From Eledone cirrhosa (lineage: Eukaryota), in assembly GCA_964016885.1 (NCBI GenBank), contig OZ024743.1:255688001-255752000 (forward strand): a stretch of DNA of 64,000 bases, given 5' to 3'. This document shows, in pieces, positions 1 to 11,117 of the stretch (the stretch's first letter is position 1; each line of letters begins with the position of its first letter). The notes under the pieces are model-generated. The model saw nothing but the letters and a program-made list of their open reading frames with translations. It ran no database searches and was not told the DNA's origin. The translations under genes were made by a program, and so were the position numbers.

Positions 1-5
1 ATATT

Positions 6-8
<3 letters not shown>

Positions 9-47
<39 letters not shown>
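9..47. repeat. (AG)n microsatellite
   Basis: Perfect AG dinucleotide run. Confidence 0.95.
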
Positions 48-49
<2 letters not shown>

Positions 50-130
50 ATCAAAAGATTGACCTAAAGAATTGATGGCAAGAAAAAGTGAATGTAATAT
101 AAACCAATATAAACAAATTGGTGTAAGAAA

Positions 131-296
131 TAATTGTTTCTACTGTTGGCACAAGGCCAGCAATTATCCCAGTGCATTACTGGCACTTTATTTTATCGAC
201 CCCGTAAGGATGAAAGGCAAAGTTAACCTCGGCGGGATTTAAACTCAGACTGTAAAGGGACGTAACTATGCTAGAAAGCATCGCGTCCGACCCTAC
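131..296 (-). mobile_element. tRNA-derived SINE, family A (octopod-type), 5'-truncated
   Basis: Reverse complement carries a B-box-like GAGTTTAAATCC, the body CCTTTCATCCTTACGGGGTCGATAAAATAAAGT and the end GGCCTTGTGCCAACAGTAGAAACAATTA. More than 10 similar copies occur in the window. Confidence 0.9.
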
Positions 297-907
297 AAAT
301 TTTGTTTAATTACACAGAATCAGATCACATATCAACATTTTCAATTAACTTGGTAAATATTTTGATATTCGTCACATATCAAATGACACTTTCTAATTTT
401 ACATGGATTTAAGCTATTTCTATTATTCAATCGGTATTTGGTCAATTACAGTCACACACATACAGACATACATGTACACCTTCATCCACATACACACTCA
501 TGCACACATCTTCATGACTAATTTGTAATGTCTTGTACTGTAGGAAACCACATTAATAAGACATCTTTGAAAATCATTATGACTGCATCAGACTAAAAGT
601 TGAAGCCTGTTCTCAAATACTGCAAATATTTACAATGATCTGTCCAGCAATAAAGATACTATAAACGTTTGAATTATCAAACTCATTCTGAGACATTTTC
701 TTAGTCTCTATTTAGTTAAGGGTTAAAATTTGTTTCTTTATCTATAGCCATCCCTGTGATTATTTTACAAAATTCATATTCTAAGAGTTAAACAATGTGT
801 ATGTGTGCATATATAACTGAAAAATTATAGATATGACTTACAGAAATAGTTCAAAGCAGTTTAATGTTCTAGTTAGAAGGTACCGTACATGAGGTATGTT
901 CAATAAA

Positions 908-1098
908 TAATTGTTTCTACTTTTGGCACAAGGCCAGCAATTATCCCAGTGTATTACTGGTACTTTATTTTATCGATCCCATAAGGATGAAAGGCAAAGT
1001 TAACATCGGCGGGATTTGAACTCAGATCATAAAGGGCCGTAACTCTTTGCTGCAAAGCATGACATCAGACCCTCTACCGATACTGCCAATCCACACCG
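908..1098 (-). mobile_element. SINE family A, near full length
   Basis: Includes the head (reverse complement: GTGGATTGGCAGTATCGGTAGAGGGTC, A-box-like TGGCAGTATCGG) and B box GAGTTCAAATCC. Confidence 0.9.
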
Positions 1099-1109
1099 AG
1101 AGTAAGAAA

Positions 1110-1243
1110 TAATTGTTTCTACTTTTGGCACAAGGCCAGCAATTATCCCAGTGTATTACTGGTACTTTATTTTATCGATCCCGTAAGGATAAAAGGCAAA
1201 GTTAACATCGGCGGGACTTGAACTCAGAATGGCAAGGACTGTA
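1110..1243 (-). mobile_element. SINE family A, 5'-truncated, tandem to the previous copy
   Basis: Nearly identical to 908-1,030. Confidence 0.88.
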
Positions 1244-2556
1244 ATGTATGGTACGTTTAGGAGAGAACGTAATGAGGAACGTTTAGGAGAGACATTGTTT
1301 GATTTTATAAGCTTACAAATCTTTGTCTCCTTCAAAACAATAACCTCTCATATCTACCCACTTGCACTGCTATCTTTCCATCTCTTGGAAGACATCCCCC
1401 AGTCCTTCTTCTGCAGTCCCATCAGGAAATTTGATGATGTCACCTTCAACTCCTGTTTTGACTGGAATCTGATTCCACTGAGGCTAACTTTCATGCATGG
1501 GAACAGAAAGAAGGCATAAGGAGGCATGTTGAGGCTGTAGGGTGGGTATTGTACCACTTTTATTCACTTGTTAGTCGTCCAACATTGACTTGTGATGTAA
1601 GGCACTATCAGGGTGGAACCAGCCCCTGGGGTGTCTAAGAAAGGAATGACCAACTTGTGACCAACTTGTCTTTGTGACCAACTTGTCTTTGTTATTTTGG
1701 GACTCTGGGAGGCTTCCACAGTGCACTTTAATGTTTGCTCTCAGGATCATAGGTGACTACCCAACTCTCATAGCAAGTCACTACTTTAGTCAGGAAAGTA
1801 GAATCATCCTCTATCACATCGAGAATGTTAGTGCATTCTGTTCGTCAGAGAGGATCTTTGGCTAGAATTTGTGGAACTCCAGATCACTGGTCAGAATTGT
1901 GTCCACTCTACCAATACAGACTAAATATCATTCTCACAGTAGCTCAAGGGTCTTGCTCTATTAATCTTTGCACTTCCTCAATGTTTTTTTCCTTTTATGT
2001 GCTGTTCAGTGTTCCAGATTTGTGTTCATCCTCAACCTGTTCATTTCCTTCAAAAAATTGTTTAAGTGATCTGTAGAAACTTAATTTGCTCACATCAATT
2101 CATTCCATAAGCATCCTCTAATGTTCCATATGCTTCTGGTTTGGTTTTCTTAAGTTTAACACATTTGATGACATTTCATTGCTCCATGTTTCTCTGGAAC
2201 TTGCCATGTGTTGACAGATTGGCGAATCATGTCTCACCTGTTTTATTATGTACACCACTACATTCCATTCTAGCAGTTAGCAATTTGCCAGTTAGTCACT
2301 TGATACATTATATGTAAGTCTACTTCACCATGAAGTAGCATTCTAATTGAATGATATTTAATGTCTCTCATGAAATTTTCTTATTACTTATTGAATATAT
2401 ATATATGAAATAAATGTTGAGAAATATGGTAACAAACGTGTTGATAATTTTTTGATTTCACTTTAAATGACTATTATTTTTTGTAACTAGATTTATGATG
2501 GTGATTAACACATATTCTCTGAGAATTTCTTGTAAAGAAGCCTCCTTTATTGAGAT

Positions 2557-3163
2557 TTAACCCTTTTTACACCAAACCATCTGAAACCATGCCTGGTTCT
2601 ACAATAAATATCTGTGTTTTAAAGTGTTTGAATTTACCTACAAAACTTTCAACATAATTTTGTGTATGAATCTTTATTATTTACCTGATGGCGGTGGATT
2701 GGCAATATCGGTAGAGGGTCGGACGCCATGCTTTGACGCATAGAGTTACGGCCCTTGCCATTCTGAGTTCAAATCCTGCCGAGGTTAACTTTGCTTTCAT
2801 CCCTACAGGGTCGATAAAATAAAGTAGTAGTAATGCACTGGGTATTTGCTGGCCTTGTGCCAAAAGTAAGAAAAAAAAAAAAATTATTTACCTGACAGCA
2901 GGTTAATAATGAGAAACTGAGTTGTAGCACTAAATCCTTCCACATTTTTTATTAATTTTTGGAAAAAATTGAAAATCATAGGCAGAATTAAAGTCTTTAT
3001 CAAAGAACATTACATCTTAAATTTCTGTAAGAGCCTTTGTTCCAAAAACCAGCTTAGTAAATCAAAAAAGTATATTACTTATTCCCTTAAATTCATATTT
3101 TCAATGTTACTTGTAAATCATAGGCTGAATATTTCATTAGAAATATAATAATGAAAGGGTTAA
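2557..3163. mobile_element. piggyBac-like MITE with TTAA target duplications and a nested SINE
   Basis: Starts TTAA-CCCTTT (2,557-2,566) and ends AAAGGG-TTAA (3,154-3,163). CCC/GGG termini with TTAA target duplications are the piggyBac signature. No ORF. Confidence 0.65.
2689..2882 (+). mobile_element. SINE family A, full length, with 13-bp target-site duplication
   Basis: TGGCGGTGGATTGGCAATATCGG...GAGTTCAAATCC...A-rich tail, flanked by the direct repeat ATTATTTACCTGA at 2,676-2,688 and 2,883-2,895. Confidence 0.92.
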
Positions 3164-3831
3164 GCAGAGAGATATATATATTATAATTATTTCCACAGAA
3201 AGACTTTAATAATTTCCAATTTATATTCCTGACACATCATGTTACATAACACAAAATTAGACCCAAAATTTCTCATGGAATTATTTTTCCATTAAATATT
3301 GTAGTGATATTTCATGGGTTCTTTCTAATCTTAGATGCTGTCTAATATCATATCGAAATATTAAGAGGATATTCTTCAAATATATTTATTTTCTAATCTC
3401 TGTGTCTCTCAAATATTTATATTTTTACCATATATATACTGTCTCAAGTAAAAATGGTTTTCTGTTGCATGATCAGTGGGTTACAACAAAACTGAACAAT
3501 GTCAGTAACATAGTAATAATAATTATTATAATTTCTTTATTAGCCACACAGGACTCACAATAAGGAAACATTAAAGACAGGACAGGACGATACAAAGTGG
3601 GTTTTTTTCATGAAGTTAACCAGTTGTGGTGTCTAGCAACAACATGAGTCAAATTAATTACAGTTGTCACCTCTTGCTCAATGAAACAAGAATCAAATTC
3701 CTTGTATGAGAGTGTTTTTTTTTTAACTCAGTGGGGATGAACAAAGCCAAAAAGATAAATTGATTTATATATATATATACACACACATATATATATATAT
3801 ATGTATATATATGTGTATATATATATATATA

Positions 3832-4082
3832 TCATCATCATCATCATCACCGTTTTACGTCCGTTCTTCCACGCTAGCATGGGTTAGACGGGTTGTCCTG
3901 TTGTGGGCAGTGTCTGGTCGGCTGACCATGCCTTGCTCATACAGGAACTGATCTGGCTTGATTTCTACAGCTGGATGCCCTTCCTAACACCAACCTCATT
4001 TACAGTGAGTGCTGGGTGCTTTTTCGTGGCGCCTACACGTCCACTTTACAGTGTGGGCTGGGTGCTTTTTTGCTGTGGCACA
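3832..4082 (-). mobile_element. SINE-like family B 3' part, with (ATG)n tail and RTE-like 3' end
   Basis: Plus-strand text (CAT)n-CCGTTTTACGTCCG...CTGGATGCCCTTCCTAACACCAACC. The same element recurs at 4,167, 4,525, 11,118 and 61,875. Confidence 0.8.
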
Positions 4083-4096
4083 TGTATATATATGTG

Positions 4097-4165
<69 letters not shown>

Positions 4166-4166
4166 A

Positions 4167-4330
4167 TCATCATCATCATCATCATCACCGTTTTACGTCC
4201 GTTCTTCCATGCTAGCATGGGTTAGACGGGTTGTCCTGTTGTGGGCAGTGTCTGGTCAGCTGACCATGCCTTGCTCCTACAGGAACTGATTTGGTTTGAT
4301 TTCTACAGCTGGATGCCCTTCCTAACACCA

Positions 4331-4331
<1 letters not shown>
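4167..4331 (-). mobile_element. SINE-like family B, partial tandem duplicate of 3,832-3,993
   Basis: Near-identical to the preceding copy and separated from it by (TA)n. Confidence 0.8.
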
Positions 4332-4389
<58 letters not shown>

Positions 4390-4424
4390 CAATTTATCCT
4401 TTTGGCTTTGTTCATCCCCACTGA

Positions 4425-4707
4425 TGTGATGTGTTGTTTCCTTGAGCAAGACACTTTATTTTACATTGCTCCAATTTACTCAGCTGTAGAAATGAGATGA
4501 TAGGGACTGGGGTCCCTATCATTCCACTGTAAAGTGGTCGTGGAGGTGCACGGCAAAAAAAAAAAAATAAATAAAAGCACCCAGCACTCACTGTAAATGA
4601 GGTTGGTGTTAGGAAGGGCATCCAGCTGTAGAAATCAAGCCAGAATCAGTTGCCGTCCCACCCTTGAAAGCAGGGAAAAGCAGACGTAAAATGATGATGA
4701 TGATGAT
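4425..4707 (+). mobile_element. SINE-like element: CORE-like segment joined to a family B 3' part
   Basis: GTGTTGTTTCCTTGAGCAAGACACTTTATTTTACATTGCTCC...CTCAGCTGTAGAAATGAG resembles a CORE-SINE domain. It is followed by GGTTGGTGTTAGGAAGGGCATCCAGCTGTAGAAA and an (ATG)n tail. Confidence 0.7.
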
Positions 4708-6046
4708 ATATAAGGAAAATAAAAGAAAAGTAGAAAATATTAATAGGATTTTCTCATAGAATAACAGCAAAACATGTTCTTAAAAGTAATTTATAGTACC
4801 GGTTTCAGTCGATAGATATTTCGGCTTCTTCATATTACAGGAAATATGATAAAAAGTATATACTAAAATTAAGGTGTATATTAATTAGAAGAGAACAAAT
4901 AAAGAACACAGTTTAGATATATATAAAAATTCACATTTTCGTTTATCTCTTTCTCTCTCTCTTTTCCTATATATACATCATGTGTATCTCAGTCTTTAGA
5001 ATAAGTACGCAGTTGTCAGAGGCAACTAAAAATATTAGCATCAGAAAGCTGTAAAAGGTTTGTTTCTAAACAACCTGTCCAACCGATTCCACCATGGTAA
5101 AGTGGATGGAAAATTGATGATGATACACACACATATGTATGTATACATATATATACAATATTCACCCCAAAATTTTAATATGATGCCACAGGTAAGATAT
5201 GATCAGAGGAACAATAGTTCATACTAGAAAATCCTTTAGTTATTTACTTATTTAGTTTTCTATTTATAACTAAATTTCTTTAAGAATTTTCTGCACAGTT
5301 TTTAAATCCGAAATTTAGATCAAAAAGACTGATTTTTTTTTTCATATCCTTTTTTATTTTGAAAATATTTTCTAAGCCAATAAACATCCTGCGAACTCCA
5401 AGAAACCATTCTTCTACTTTTCCGATGTCCGTATTTTTATCACCGCCTTGTTGATATCAATTAGGTTCCATTAAATTCAACTATGAAAATAAAAAAAAAA
5501 ATAAAAATGTAATAAGTATCAAAAAAGCGATTATGATAGAATAAATATTAACAAAATAAAAAAAAGAAGAGAAAGAAGTATTAGTAGCAGGAAATAAAAT
5601 AAAATAGTCTGTTTAACTAAATACTTCGAGGTTGATGCATGAAGTTAATACGGCTTCCATGAACGAAATGACAAAAAAATACTCCAAAAAACATTGAGCG
5701 TATTTTGCAAAAAAGATGATTTCAACCAGTGATATAGACTAAGATTGTGTATATATATATATGGTTTCCATGCTCATTGTGAAGACTTTCTGTACAGCCA
5801 TGCGTGAATCGCTTTTGAAATAATACGAGGTTCCGAAATAAGTTTCAAAGTTACATTGTACGCACAAAAAGTTATGCTGTGTATGAAAAGCATTTAAAAC
5901 TTGAAGAGAAACCAAGAGAAAAAAAATACAATTTGCATCATTAAACAGATTTTCGCTTTATTTCTCTTCATCTCCGCAAGTTGGAAGTTGTTAGAAGAAT
6001 TTATGTTTTCAAAGTCGTAAAAAGTATAATAGAACTGCTGATCTAT

Positions 6047-6062
6047 TATATGTGTGTGTGTG

Positions 6063-6094
<32 letters not shown>

Positions 6095-6142
6095 TCTATA
6101 TATCTATATATATATATATATGTATATATATATGTGTGTGTC

Positions 6143-6172
<30 letters not shown>
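6047..6172. repeat. Compound (TG)n/(TA)n microsatellite
   Basis: Direct reading. Confidence 0.95.
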
Positions 6173-6173
<1 letters not shown>

Positions 6174-7053
6174 TCATATACTCCCATACATTATAAATAA
6201 AGTAAAAATAAAACGAAACAAAACTAAAAATATATCAGAAAAATTAAGAAGATAGAAAGGTAGGAAGATTTATTTATGAAACGTTCAGGATAGAACCACA
6301 GGCATCTTATTACTGATCAGTAAATAACTGTTTAATACAGAGGACTGAGAGAACATGACACATAAGGCTGCTATGGGTGTTCAAATGTCTGGAAATAAGC
6401 TACTCTCCTTTCTCTCTTCTCCTCATCTCCTGTATGTTTATCTCTGTGTGAATATGTTCATCTCTGTTTCGAGACAACCAAAGATGTATATATTCTAATT
6501 CAAATCTCTACTATGTCTGACAAGCAAATTGATCACAGTGTTGAAAGTTGATTGTATTTGATTAAGGCTCTGATCTGGTAATTTGCGAAATACATGTTAT
6601 GCATGATTATGACTAAAATATGTTAAATTGAAACTATGATCTCTCTTTCTTAATATATATATGGAGTAAACAAAATAAAACCAAAAACAAGAGGAGGCAC
6701 AAAGAAGAACAAATAGTTTTTGAGGAGGTTACAGAATGTGTGACAAAAGAGCTTTGATATGAAATTGCTGAAGTGAAAGTCATATAGTGTATGTATCTTT
6801 ATTGGCAAAATTGGCAACATCATCATCCCCAAATGTACCAATATATATATCAATGAATAAAAAAAGAAATGAATGAAATAAAACAGGAGAAAAAATGAGA
6901 AATATACAATACAGTGATGGTGTATAGAAGGAAAAGAGTTGTTTTAGAGTTAGTCCTTCATTAAAGATAGAATGAGAGAGAAAGGATAAAAGAAGGTAGA
7001 TGAAAGTAAAAATGAGAAAATAGGTAAAATGGGCAGATAAGAGAAAATGCACA

Positions 7054-7098
7054 TGTTGTTGTTGTTGTTGTTGTTGTTGCTACTGCTGCTGCTGCTCT

Positions 7099-7130
<32 letters not shown>

Positions 7131-7168
7131 TTCTTCATCTTCTTCTTCTTCTTCTTCTTCTTCTTCTT
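7054..7168. repeat. Compound (TTG)n-(CTG)n-(TTC)n microsatellite next to the 3' end of the LINE fragment
   Basis: Direct reading. Confidence 0.95.
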
Positions 7169-7179
7169 TGCCCATTTAT

Positions 7180-8330
7180 GAAAAGTTCAGTATAGAACAA
7201 ATTTGGTTTTTACACCATCCTCCATTTTTCTGATTACTGAATGCTGAAGCTGGCACATTACTGCACCATGTCCAGCAATTCTTGCACTTAATTCAGCCGC
7301 CTGCCTTCCATCACTTGTGAACATGGCCCCGAAATACTTGAACTTCTCCACCTGCTTCATTTGAACTCCATACACATGTAGAGTGCACTGCACAGGCTTC
7401 CATGAGAGGATGAGTGTCTGAGTTTTTGGAGCACTGGTTTTCATTCCAGCCATGTAGCACTCAGCATCAAACTTATCGAGTGCAAGTCGGGGATCACGTC
7501 TTTCGAGTTAAGTAACACCATACCGTCTGCAAACTCCAGCTGACTGATTTTACACCCACCAGTCTTGATATTACTTCCAACCTGGCTGCGCATGTCAATC
7601 CTGATCCTGTAAATAATGAACAGGAGAGATGACAGTATGCGCTCTTGTTGGAGTCCCATTCCTACATTGAATGGTTTCAATTTATCCCCAGTTTTCAAAA
7701 AAAACTACTTGGGCATTCACATAGAAACATCAGGCTAGCAAAAAGCTGACCATTGATCCTATGCTCTTGCACAACCTTCCACAGCAGGTCCTGTGGAATG
7801 CAGTCATAGGCCTTTTTGAGGTCTACAAAACAAGAAGAGACCTCTTGGCGATACTCCAAAAATTTCTTGAAGCCCCACTGGAGTGTGAATATTTGGTTGG
7901 CTGTGCTGCATCCAGAGTGAAAACCACACTGTTCACCAACTAGCTTGGACTTGACAATCTCTATGCATCTCATTCCCAGACACTTAGCATAGACTTTACC
8001 AGGGAGGCTTAACAAGGAGATCCCGGAACAATCTCTCTTGTCTTCCTTTTTGAAAATTAGGATTATCACTCCCGATTGCCATTGCTTATGTGCCCTTCTA
8101 GAGATCCAGGCCACCCAGCACACACAAGTCAGCTAGAGAATACTTTCTCTATATAAGGCTTTTAACATCTTGGGCCTGACTTCATCTTCACCAGCAGCCT
8201 TGCCACATTTGAGCTCTTTAACTGTGTTTGTGACCTCAGTCTCTGATAGATTAGTTACTACTCCTAGATGCACCTTGATTTCATCAGAAGATACTGTTGT
8301 GATCAAGTTTAGGAGATCGTTAAATGTTGC
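7180..8330 (-). mobile_element. RTE-clade non-LTR retrotransposon, decayed reverse transcriptase
   Basis: Frameshifted ORF pieces carry RT motifs in the correct order: WQSGVIILIFKK..GISLLSLPGKVYAK; EQCGFHSGCSTANQIFTL; FVDLKKAYD; GLQQERILSSLLF (GxxQG..LSPLLF); FADG (FADD); VEKFKYFGA. Confidence 0.93.
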
Positions 8331-8430
8331 TGTTAGTCAGCCATATGTGTATGTGTGTGTATATGTGTATTTGTATGCATATGTTTTGATTTCAATTTGA
8401 ATTTTATTCATTTAATTTACATAATAATAA

Positions 8431-8611
8431 TAATTGTTTCTATTTTAGGCACAAGGCCAGCAATTACCCAGTACATTACTGGTACTTTATTTTATCGACC
8501 CCATAAGGATGAAAGGCAAAGTTAACCTCGGCGGGATTTGAACTTGATCATAAAGGGACGTAACTCTATGCTTCAAAGCATGGTGTCCGACTCTCTACCG
8601 ATACTGCCAAT
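8431..8611 (-). mobile_element. SINE family A
   Basis: Matches the family consensus. Flanked by the duplicated AATTTACATAATAATAATAATTGTTTCT (8,414 and 8,609). Confidence 0.9.
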
Positions 8612-8625
8612 TTACATAATAATAA

Positions 8626-8838
8626 TAATTGTTTCTGATTTAGGCCACTGTCTGCAATCTTGGGGGAGGGGAAAGTAGATTAAATTGGCCCCAGTGTATT
8701 ACTGGTACTTTATTGAGCCCATAAAGATTAAAGGCAAAGCTAACCTCGGCAGGATTTGAATTCAGAACGTAAAGGGATGTAACTCTATGCTGTGAAGCAT
8801 GGTGTCCGATGCTTTACCGATACTGGCAATTCACTTCC
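8626..8838 (-). mobile_element. SINE family A, longer variant
   Basis: Same head and body plus an extra GGGGGAGGGGAAAGTAGATTAAATTGGCCCC segment. A related segment is also seen at 60,840-60,870 and 61,285-61,315. Confidence 0.88.
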
Positions 8839-8913
8839 CGCATAAGAACAATAATAATAATTTGTTATTTCTTTTTATAATTTCTTTATTTTAATGATAC
8901 TACTACTACTATT

Positions 8914-9128
8914 AATAATAATAATAATTGTTTCTACTTTAGGCACAAGGCCAGCAATTACCCAGTGTATTACTGGTACTTTATTTTATCGACCCCGTAA
9001 GGATGAAAGACAAAGTTAACCTCGGCCTTTCATCCTTACGGGATAGATAAAATAAAGTACCTGTAATACACTGGGTATTTGCTGGCCTTGTACCTAAAGT
9101 AGAAACAATTATTATTATTATTATTATT
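8914..9128. mobile_element. Fold-back pair of SINE family A 3' halves (inverted repeat)
   Basis: 8,926-9,009 and 9,026-9,110 are reverse complements with a few mismatches and a ~16-nt spacer. The (AAT)n and (ATT)n tails point outward. Confidence 0.9.
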
Positions 9129-9427
9129 TTACAACTGTTTATGTATGATTGCATGGTTTCAACAAAGATATGAATTAATTCCTGGTCAGAAAGCATGAAC
9201 CAGAAAGATATGTTACTCTCATCTATTTTATATCTTAACCTGATACTTGATGGAACAAGTGCTACTGAGGAATCTCTGAATAGAAAGATGTTGCCAGCTG
9301 TATCTACTCAATCACTGCAGATTCCATATCGACTTATAAAAGGCATTGCTGAGAAAACAGAATCCTTTGTACACAGCCGCATACAGCCATACACAGACAC
9401 AGACATATATATACATTGATGCATACA

Positions 9428-9492
9428 TTTATATATATATATACTTTACATATACATACCTACATATATATATGTATGTATGTATATATGTA

Positions 9493-9589
<97 letters not shown>

Positions 9590-9680
9590 TATATATACAT
9601 ATATAAATGCATGTATATAAGTGTATGTATTTATATATATATATATGTGTGTGTGTGTATCTATACACACACACATATAC
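9428..9680. repeat. Long (TA)n-rich microsatellite
   Basis: Direct reading. Confidence 0.95.
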
Positions 9681-9952
9681 ACATTTAATGCTTATAATCC
9701 AATCAGCAAATATATAATGTTTAGAGAATAGCACTTAATTATCGGAACAGTAGTTTTATTCTAGTCAAACCTGTCACCATTGGATTTGGGATTATTTCCG
9801 ATATTGAACTTGTTCAATAGACAACTTTGGAAATCTCATGCATAAGTAAAAGCAATGCAAAACAGATTGGAAAGCGTAGTATCTTTAATAGGACTACATC
9901 TGGTACATGTGATAAATATCTCATGGTAGGAAAATTGCAATAGATAATGATA

Positions 9953-10103
9953 ATAATAGTAACAAAAGTAATTATGGTGTTGATATATATAGTAATAATA
10001 ATAATAATAATAATGATAATAATGATAATGAGAATAGTAATAATAATAGTAATAAACGTAATCATGGTGTAAATAAAAATAATAATAATAATGATGATGA
10101 TGA
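9953..10103. repeat. Degenerate (AAT/GAT)n low-complexity tract
   Basis: Direct reading. Confidence 0.85.
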
Positions 10104-10198
10104 TCCAAGTATTGTTGTTGGATTGTATTGAGGGGCTTTTCGGTGTCTCCTTTGTGAACAATCTGTCAGCTCCTTAATCTTATGACAATAGCAAGTAA

Positions 10199-10279
10199 TT
10201 ATGAGAACCTATCACGTATTACAGGCAGAGATAATTGTCGATGGCTGCTCTTAGAAATGTGTTGAAATGTCGTTAAGGA
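10199..10279 (-). CDS. Possible short terminal coding exon (SLTTFQHISKSSHRQLSLPVIRDRFS*) of an unidentified gene
   Basis: Minus-strand acceptor TCTTTTCATTTACTTCTAG, then 26 open codons and TAA in unique, non-repeat sequence. No homology recognised. Confidence 0.2.
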   Translation of the reverse strand, partial: SLTTFQHISKSSHRQLSLPVIRDRFS

Positions 10280-10329
10280 CTAGAAGTAAATGAAAAGATT
10301 TATTTATTCATTTGTTCATGCCATTTGCA

Positions 10330-10505
10330 TTGGTTGTGTGGTTTTGTGGTTTGTGGGGTTTCATCATTTTTGTGGTTTGTGCCATTTCTTGGTTTTGTGG
10401 TTTGTGTGGTATTGCAGAGTGTGTAGTTTTGTGATTTGTGTGGTTTTATGAAGTTTCATGTAGTCTGTGTAGTTTTCTGGGGTTTGGGGGTTTTGTGGGA
10501 TTTTG
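10330..10505. repeat. Degenerate GT-rich repeat of ~9-10 bp (GGTTTTGT/GGTTTGTGT)
   Basis: Direct reading. Confidence 0.7.
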
Positions 10506-10524
10506 CTAGCTTATAGATAGCATG

Positions 10525-10735
10525 ATTGGTAAATTGGCAGAGTCATTTGAGCCCCTCTGGCTATCTACTCTCTGAGTTCAAATCCCATCAAAATCAATTA
10601 TTCCAATTCATCCTTTTGGCGTTGATAAATACCTGTCCAAAAATGAAAGATCGTGGAATTCTTGATGAGAGTTGGACATGATGCTTTGCAGTATTTGATC
10701 CGGATCAGTGCTTTCTGAGTTTTAAATCCCATCCT
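10525..10735 (+). mobile_element. Old SINE family A fragments (two)
   Basis: AATTGGCAGAGTC...CTGAGTTCAAATCCCATC...TTCATCCTTTTGGCGTTGATAAA, plus a second CTGAGTTTTAAATCCCATC. Confidence 0.65.
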
Positions 10736-11117
10736 CTTCTGACTGGAGTTTCACCCATCAGCAATGGAAATTCCAATGAAAAAAACATAGTGTTCATGGC
10801 CAAATTATATGATCAGGCCCTTTCCTTCTTTTTATTTTATTTTTGGTTTGGAAATATCTAGATTAGATAATGATATATATTGCAGAGGTAGAACCATGAG
10901 CATGATGGTTGTTCTCACTTAGGGAACAATTGTTCTCATTTGGAGTGGTTGTTTCTGATAGAACCCTCTGGAAGACGTCTTTGAGGATTCTGCCTCCACC
11001 ACTATCTCAGGAATAAGTGGGAGAAGATAATACTTTCTCTTCACTTCCACCATATCCAATTCTAAACAAGATGTTGTCTAGTGTTTTTAAAACAAATGTC
11101 TAGTAAGACCATGGATC

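Larger units (their letters stand above)
887..2405 (-). mobile_element. Decayed Tc1/mariner DNA transposon (transposase pseudogene ~1,320-2,210)
   Basis: Minus-strand fragments match mariner transposase motifs. N-terminal: VKLKKT..EAYG..EDAYG and FFEGNEQVEDE..SG (~2,010-2,190). First catalytic-D region: a TGDESW..YDPE-like TCYESWVVTYDPE (~1,740-1,780). C-terminal: QYPPYSLNMPPYAFFLFPCMKVSLSGIRF, equivalent to HPPYSPDLAPSDFFLF (ORF 1354-1557). Many stops and frameshifts. Putative TIR remnants TTCAATAA(G/A)TAAT at ~899-910 and ~2,381-2,395. Confidence 0.85.
3768..4386. repeat. Three (TA)n-rich microsatellite blocks (3,768-3,831; 4,083-4,163; 4,332-4,386)
   Basis: Direct reading. Confidence 0.95.

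Noticed and set aside
2689-2790. tRNA gene suggested by A-box and B-box motifs
   Set aside because: The motifs are the heads of a multi-copy SINE and no cloverleaf can be formed.
9195-9419. 74-aa plus-strand ORF (MNQKDMLL...)
   Set aside because: No recognisable motif or splice signals, and it runs into a microsatellite. Possibly an old TE remnant.
9771-9800. CTGTCACCATTGGATTTGGGATTATTTCCG resembles a K+ channel pore motif (LSTIGFGDY)
   Set aside because: It needs two single-base insertions, all frames stop within ~20 codons, and no flanking transmembrane segments are recognisable. Probably chance.
3760-10161. Short ORFs rich in IY/YI, CV, poly-K, poly-I or poly-Y
   Set aside because: They are translations of (TA)n, (TG)n, (TTC)n and (AAT)n microsatellites.
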